From Amoeboradix gromovi X-113 (lineage: Eukaryota > Fungi > Sanchytriomycota): a DNA stretch of 14,581 nucleotides. Positions 9,534-14,581 of this stretch are shown here, piece after piece (within the stretch, counting starts at the first letter, position 1; each line of letters starts with the position of its first letter). The DNA lies in assembly GCA_018985225.1 (NCBI GenBank), contig JADGIF010000209.1, positions 1-14,581 of the forward strand, in the 5' to 3' direction. Below the pieces are notes generated by a model. That model was not told the DNA's origin, ran no database searches, and saw only the letters and a list, made by a program, of their open reading frames with translations. The translations under genes and the position numbers were made by a program.

Positions 9534-10067
9534 ATGAAACCAAACTTACCCAGTAACAGGTCAGATATTTTGCTTGTCGTCCTTCATCCACATCCCTATT
9601 TGGGTGGATGTCCTGCAAATAATGTAGTAGAGTTGTTTAAGGATCTACCTTTCATTTTATATACACCTCAACTTCGGGGATTATTTGCTGAATGTGAGTT
9701 AAAGAGAATTAAAAAAAGAATTCGCGAGATCAACCATCAAAAATGCTACATTATTGGATACTCTTACGGAAGTTTGGTTGCATCTTTACTAGCGAGAGAT
9801 ATTATCTGCGACAAGCTTATTTTAATTTCTATACCTTACAGCGTGTCATTTCTATGTACCATGAAGTCAAGTGAAATAAAAGAGTTCATAAAATCCACGA
9901 AAATTCCTCTCAGGATAATCCATGGTGATGGTGATCAGTTTGCTTCAAGTGAGAAAATACTTGATAATTTCAATAATGTAACTATAATGAGTAAAGTTGA
10001 TCACTTTTGGTTTTATAAAGAAAAAGAGCTGCTGGAAATTGTTTCTCACTTTCTTCTAAATGAATAA
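9534..10067 (+). CDS. Small alpha/beta-fold hydrolase
   Basis: Family motif VLHPHPYLGG..ANNVV, nucleophile elbow GYSYG, acid in IHGDGDQF, His in DHFW. AATAAA overlaps the stop codon. Confidence 0.88.
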   Translation: MKPNLPSNRSDILLVVLHPHPYLGGCPANNVVELFKDLPFILYTPQLRGLFAECELKRIKKRIREINHQKCYIIGYSYGSLVASLLARDIICDKLILISIPYSVSFLCTMKSSEIKEFIKSTKIPLRIIHGDGDQFASSEKILDNFNNVTIMSKVDHFWFYKEKELLEIVSHFLLNE

Positions 10068-10269
10068 ATAAGTTAAGTAAACCCATTTATTTTAATACAA
10101 TCACTGTGATTACTAGCAGTAAACCCTTGTTTCTTTAAAAGGCTCTGCTCTAAGCCTTTTACACTTTTTATATCTTGACTTTGTCAAAACATTAACACAG
10201 CTATCTGCCTCAATTAAATTAACGATTTATTGCGATTGCCTTAGTTTCATTGCTTCAGTATCTCTCCTC

Positions 10270-10380
10270 GCTAAAAGTCCTGATTTCCGAGAAAATCGAG
10301 AATTTCCACAGAGAAACTAGCAGTGCCAGTAAATCTGTTATAGTGATTACTCACGCTTGCACTACACTGAGGCGGGATTG
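10270..10380 (-). ncRNA. Putative omegaRNA scaffold / element right end (family A, copy 1)
   Basis: Overlaps and follows the Fanzor 3' end; aligns with 11217-11322; hairpin ACAGA..ACTGGC-ACT-GCTAGT..TCTGT; ends TTTAG(C). Confidence 0.6.
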
Positions 10381-10600
10381 AACAAGGATGCAGATACTTG
10401 ATGTATATGTTCCTTGCTGCCGTATGGTCTCTATCTATCTCCAAATGACACTTTGTACAGGTGTAAATTTCTAAGTTGGTTTTCTTTAGAGTACCCCACC
10501 TTGTATATGTCTGACTAGTAAATGATTCATTGCATTCGACCATCGTCTTTCCTCTTTGTTTACACTTGAACTTCAAGCGTTCCTTGAACAAATCGTACAG
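10351..10600 (-). pseudogene. Fanzor/TnpB C-terminal remnant (family A, copy 1; Fanzor2/IS607-TnpB-like)
   Basis: LFKERLKFKCKQRGKTMVECNESFTSQTYTRWG...YTCTKCHLEIDRDHTAARNIYIKY matches the canonical F..L.YK...G..V...E..TS.TC..CG...C..C....DRD.NAARNI. The first CxxC has decayed (C>Y, C>W) and the N-terminal part is missing. Confidence 0.9.
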
Positions 10601-10830
10601 ATATCGCTTTCCTGGTGTTAAAAGACATAATTCTTCCATGCTTGGACCAGTTCCTCAGTCTGAGACGAATGTATGCTGTACCTGTTAGTTCTTTCTTTAG
10701 ATTTTATTTACCACTTGTGAAAGGAAGAATATCGAGTTTTTAGGCTATTGGAAAAATCGTGAAATTGTATAGAAATGCATACAAATTCGCGATAAATGAT
10801 TTGTTCAAGAAAACAATCAAGTTGTTTTAA
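10600..10830 (+). repeat. Dispersed repeat, copy 1 (diverged direct copy at about 13209-13440), coding-like
   Basis: Shared blocks CCATGCTTGG.CCAGTTCCTCA, GTATGCTG...CTGTTAGTT.TTTCTTTAGATTT, GAAGA.TATCGAGT, ATACAAATTC...A.AAATGAT. Confidence 0.8.
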
Positions 10831-10955
10831 AATATTTCCAATAGCAGACTTGATCGCAATTCTTTTTATCAATTGCAAATGAGCCCAATAGCATCATCTC
10901 GATTATGTCAAATCCAAAGACTTCAATAATAATTGCGGAACATGCTCTCAACAAG
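10830..10955 (-). repeat. Segment homologous in inverted orientation to about 14105-14220
   Basis: Minus strand AGAGCATGT...ATTTGACAT...TTGGGCTCATTTGCAATTGATAAAAAGAA vs plus strand AGAGCATGT...ATTTGCCAT...TTGGACTCATTTGCAATTAATACAAAGAA. Peptides LGSFAIDKK...WKYFK vs LDSFAINTKK...RKYLK. Confidence 0.65.
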
Positions 10956-11109
10956 ATAAATTCGATATGTCTCTAAATCAGGAAAGACACCCTTAGGAAG
11001 TCATAAATAATCCAAAAATCCTTAATCTTTCCTCACTTGCTCAAAAGGGACCCTCTTAGTTGGAAGACGCTCACCTAGTAAAAAAAGAGGCTCTTGAACG
11101 ACAGATCAG

Positions 11110-11245
11110 CACTGTGTTTGAGGACTTCTCAAGAAATCGAAATACCAAAGATACTCGAGGTAGACAAAGACCAAATGGCAGCAATGTGCATAACGTCAAG
11201 TATATGCTCCCAATTAAATCCCGCCTCAGGACAGTTGAAGCATGA
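11110..11245 (+). pseudogene. Heavily decayed Fanzor/TnpB C-terminal remnant (family A, copy 2)
   Basis: ILEVDKDQMAAMCI (from 11151), then a frameshift, then VKYMLPIKSRLRTVEA*. Aligns with copy 1 HLEIDRDHTAARNIYIKYL (frameshift) ILVQSRLSVVQA*. Confidence 0.75.
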
Positions 11246-11322
11246 GCAAGTGTGACAGAGTGACTGGCTTTGTCAGTTCCTCTGTGTAATTACGTGCCTT
11301 TCTCGTAAATCAGATCTTTAGC
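11217..11322 (+). ncRNA. Putative omegaRNA scaffold / element right end (family A, copy 2)
   Basis: AATCCCGCCTCAG is identical to copy 1; hairpin ACAGAG..ACTGGC-TTT-GTCAGT..CTCTGT (11255-11285); ends TTTAG(C). Confidence 0.6.
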
Positions 11323-11355
11323 AAATACCTCCCAACAAGTTTAATTTTTTAAACT

Positions 11356-12114
11356 ATGGAGGCAATTCATTCAATTTTAACTTCAGAGTCCATTGATATC
11401 TATCAATTTATCGAGGCTGAATCAATATATAATGAGCAGCTTATAAGGCTGAAAAAGCCGGATGATCTTGAGGACCATACAGCTAAAAATACAAAAATTA
11501 AAGAACTTCAAAACAACATTCGACAAATAGAGCTAGCCACTCAGAGAACACAGCTTCTAGATTTGGACAAGCAGGCTATTTTTGAAGTGACTGGTATCGA
11601 GCCGACAGGAACTTTGGAGAATTCATTAGAACTACAAGAAGTGATTAACCAAAAAATCAAGGAAGCCTCTATAGTTATTGATAAATTGATACCTCTGCCT
11701 GACCAAGATAAAAAAGGGAAAAAGAACGAAAAACTGCTTGTCAAGAGGATGGTTATGAGTATACAGGGTCAAATTAAAGAGTATCCACTTTATGTGCAAA
11801 GACGTAAGAAACTGAAGAAGTTAATGTTCGGTTTGCAACTGGTTTACAATGATTTGTGTTTTATTTTGAATTCATCCCAAAGCTGCGGTTGGGACCATTG
11901 GTACGGATTTGACTTAAATGTCACAAATGAAGAAGTGCAGCTGATAAACAACTACAGCAAGACTAAAATATCATTTACATGTGTCGAAGAAGAGATCAAA
12001 ATGCATTATAACGGCAAAACATATGATACTTGTTCGCCATTTTATCTAAATGTATCAGAGTTACTGAATTTTCCTACGGCATCCTTTAAATCTACTAGCC
12101 AAGGAAAGGGTTAA
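11356..12114 (+). CDS. Hypothetical protein, 252 aa, with a coiled-coil-like N-terminal half
   Basis: Long open frame in AT-rich DNA; T-run just upstream of the ATG as seen before the PPTase gene; AATAAA overlaps the TAA stop as in the hydrolase gene. No family recognised. Confidence 0.65.
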   Translation: MEAIHSILTSESIDIYQFIEAESIYNEQLIRLKKPDDLEDHTAKNTKIKELQNNIRQIELATQRTQLLDLDKQAIFEVTGIEPTGTLENSLELQEVINQKIKEASIVIDKLIPLPDQDKKGKKNEKLLVKRMVMSIQGQIKEYPLYVQRRKKLKKLMFGLQLVYNDLCFILNSSQSCGWDHWYGFDLNVTNEEVQLINNYSKTKISFTCVEEEIKMHYNGKTYDTCSPFYLNVSELLNFPTASFKSTSQGKG

Positions 12115-12893
12115 TAAAAGATTTTTGATATTGTAACATATTATGAACACTTAACCTTTCAGATACAGGTAAAACTTATTTTGCATAGTTCGTAGAAAAG
12201 AACGGAAGCCGTCTTAAGAATAGCTATGCCAAATCTTGCAACTTTTAGCAGATTTGCAAAAAAACGAAGCAAATTGAATATAAGTGCTGAGAAAACTCCG
12301 AATAAAATATTTATACATCAAACACACGAGAAATCCCTTGCCACAAAAGACCGAATCCTATGAGCACTTCATGGACAGAATTCGCGAAAATGAATCAATT
12401 ATGACATAAAAAGTCTTTGTGAATGTTTTTAGTTAAGTTCCGTTTATTTAATCATGCAACAGTAAAATATTACACATATACAGCTAGATTTTTTGCCTCA
12501 TTTTGGTTGTCATATTTTTGAACACGACATGCGGATTTGATCGTAATTAAAAAATTAAAAACAAGATGCTTTTCAAATGATTTTTGGGAGGCGGTTAACA
12601 GAATTAAATAAGTGCATCCGCTGGTATATAAATCCAATCAAAAGCTTTGGAACATTGTTGAAAAGTCAATATCTATAACGGGGATCGCTGTTATAAGCAT
12701 AAAATTTTCGTGTATACTTGCTAGAATAGGCATCAAAAGACCAGAATGGAAGCAATGACCCTGAATTGGCTGTATTATAAGGCTCTCGAAAGAACCATCT
12801 CTACTTGCAATTGCTGCCATTTCGCAGACTCTGCATAAATTACATTTGCAAAAGAAACGGGATATTCTCTGTGAAATCTAAAATGAGACAATA

Positions 12894-13192
12894 TGGGACA
12901 CCAAATATAAAAACTAGACTAACTCGTTTTTAAAGGAGGTGCTCCATACGAAGGAAATGCTATCATTAATCAAAGATCTTCTATTGTACCAGTTTTCTTT
13001 CATTACTTTCAATCCCCTTTTCAAAATAAAACTAGATATGAGGTCTTTGAGCATCTAAGCAAAAGGTGCATTTTCTTAGACGGTACTCTTTTCTAGAGTC
13101 ATTTTGCAATGTTATCCATAAAATTAACAAAGCTGAATTAATGTTCCAAGTTGTTACTGAAAGTTAGTCCAGTTTTTATATTTGATGTCCCA
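12894..13192 (-). mobile_element. Complete 299-bp TIR element (family B, copy 3) with 31-bp TIRs and TA on both flanks
   Basis: TGGGACACCAAATATAAAAACTAGACTAACT (12894-12924) matches the reverse complement of 13162-13192 at 29/31 positions. TA at 12892-12893 and 13193-13194; alternatively a 30-bp TIR with an ATAT duplication. Confidence 0.92.
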
Positions 13193-13208
13193 TATGTTTT
13201 TATTGTTG

Positions 13209-13440
13209 ATCTCTTTCTAGGCGTTAAGCGACATTAATTGTCCCATGCTTGGGCCAGTTCCTCAACGTTGATGAGCGTATGCTGCAACTGTTAGTTATTT
13301 CTTTAGATTTGATTTGCAACTGCGAAAATGAAGAGTATCGAGTACTTAAAGTGTTGAAAAAATATACAAAATTTATGCAATTATATGAAAATACAAATTC
13401 TTGACAAATGATGTATTTTCCAAAATTGAATGCTGCGTTT
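13209..13440 (+). repeat. Dispersed repeat, copy 2 (see 10600-10830)
   Basis: Manual alignment with 10600-10830. Confidence 0.8.
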
Positions 13441-13899
13441 TAATTCAATAAATCATTTGACATGATTACATAGTTTATAGAGCTCAAACAGACTGTATTT
13501 TTTAAACTGTGTTATTGCAGAAAAACTAGGCATACTTCTTTTTAACTATGTAAAGTAACCCCTTATCCTTCAATTCCACAAGAAGTCAAATCTAGACACA
13601 TCACCAAGCAATACAGGATGTAGTCATCCTCAAGACCCATCCTTTAACTCTCAATACCATGAAAGATCTCACTTTACCATTTGAAGGACGTTCAAGAGCC
13701 ACTTGATTTTTATAGAGGTTACCTAGAAAGAGGACATTTTATCTGGGAGAGCTTCATCTAACTAGCATAAATAGGATACTAGATGGCAAGATTGTGCTGG
13801 TTCTATTGATATTTTTGGGATCATTAAAGTTAAAAACATTAGAAGTAGTCTCAAGTTCTAATAAAAAGCATAGAACTTTTTTCAAATAGATCTTTTGAG

Positions 13900-14581
13900 G
13901 AATCATCTCAGTGTCTGGGACAAACTCATCCAATTACCTTCTATTCGGCATTTATTTTATACAAATCGCCAACTTCTTCGGTAGGAAAACTTGGTCAAAG
14001 GCTCAAAACTTCATTCAACACCCATAACATGGTTGCTGTCTACCTATAATGTTGATTTTGAAAGCACCTCTTCCTATTGTTCAGATATACTTGGACGGGT
14101 ATTTAGAAAGAGCATGTCCTACTGACGATGCTTTTATATTTGCCATCTTGAGGATTGGACTCATTTGCAATTAATACAAAGAAAGCACATCCGGGTTTTA
14201 TAAATCGGAAGTATTTAAAAAGATTTGCTGATGCAATAAGTCACGCACTCGCAATTAGTTGTTTATTCAATTGAAGCCCATAGCTGCATTATTGCTAAAA
14301 GTACATTCTAAACAGAATCTATAGAAATTTCGTTGGTTGTAAAATTGATTGCTTCTAAGCTAGACACCCACTTCTATTGCACTACAAACGAGAAAAATTC
14401 TGGATGCAGGTACAGCAGTCCCTTCAATAGGCAGCTAATGGTTTTTAACAAAACTTCACATTGTCTAGCAAACATCCACAAGATCCAACTTAGGATCACA
14501 GCAATCACAAATGCTTAAATCTATAACACCGGAAAAGCCAAGTGTTCAAGGCCATAAAATCTACACCGTAAAAGAGGAGAT
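13900..14581 (+). pseudogene. Possible decayed piggyBac-like DDD transposase fragment
   Basis: KSITPEKPSVQGHKIYTV (14517-14570) resembles the piggyBac QY.P.KP...G.K.Y motif. Upstream HPITFYSAF and the hydrophobic helix followed by YW (seen in the 10830-10955 copy) are in the expected order. Many stops and frameshifts. Confidence 0.3.

Noticed and set aside
10100-10125. GTGATTACTAGCAGTAAA shares 9-mers with the family A tail
   Set aside because: The matches are short and not collinear, so this cannot be called a third copy.
10271-10639. Listed 122-aa ORF as an intact gene
   Set aside because: The N-terminus comes from an unrelated repeat, two zinc-ribbon cysteines are lost, and the last about 40 codons arise from a frameshift that reads through the ancestral TGA (10353-10351) into the non-coding tail.
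11060-11245. Listed 61-aa ORF
   Set aside because: TTG start; only the last 16 codons are in the Fanzor frame. It is a pseudogene fragment.
12638-12820. 60-aa ORF here and 61-aa ORF at 14333-14518
   Set aside because: At the length threshold, within decayed repeat-rich DNA, with no motif support.
1-14581. CRISPR array or rRNA
   Set aside because: No regularly spaced direct repeats and no rRNA signatures seen.

Overview
AT-rich, intron-poor eukaryotic DNA. The proteins are fungal-type and there is a tRNA-Ile with an AAT anticodon; an early-diverging fungal lineage with a compact genome is my inference only. A tightly packed housekeeping core (1536-10067) holds homoserine dehydrogenase, tRNA-Ile(AAT), an Sfp/Lys5-type phosphopantetheinyl transferase, a short 1948-aa multidomain acetyl-CoA carboxylase and an alpha/beta hydrolase. 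Both flanks are full of decayed mobile DNA. The main signal is two apparent families of Fanzor/TnpB (eukaryotic RNA-guided nuclease) relics. Family A has two back-to-back copies (10270-10600 minus, about 11110-11322 plus). They share the RuvC-III C-terminus and a structured 76-80 nt tail that ends at TTTAG(C) before diverging, as expected of an omegaRNA scaffold followed by a guide. Family B has three MITE-like copies (1-84, 484-903, 12894-13192) with 31-bp TIRs. They carry a weaker TnpB/Fanzor-like C-terminal coding remnant and resemble Fanzor1 'ghost' loci. Other content: an unassigned 252-aa ORF, a dispersed coding-like repeat, and a possible piggyBac-like transposase relic. All alignments and folds were done by eye.
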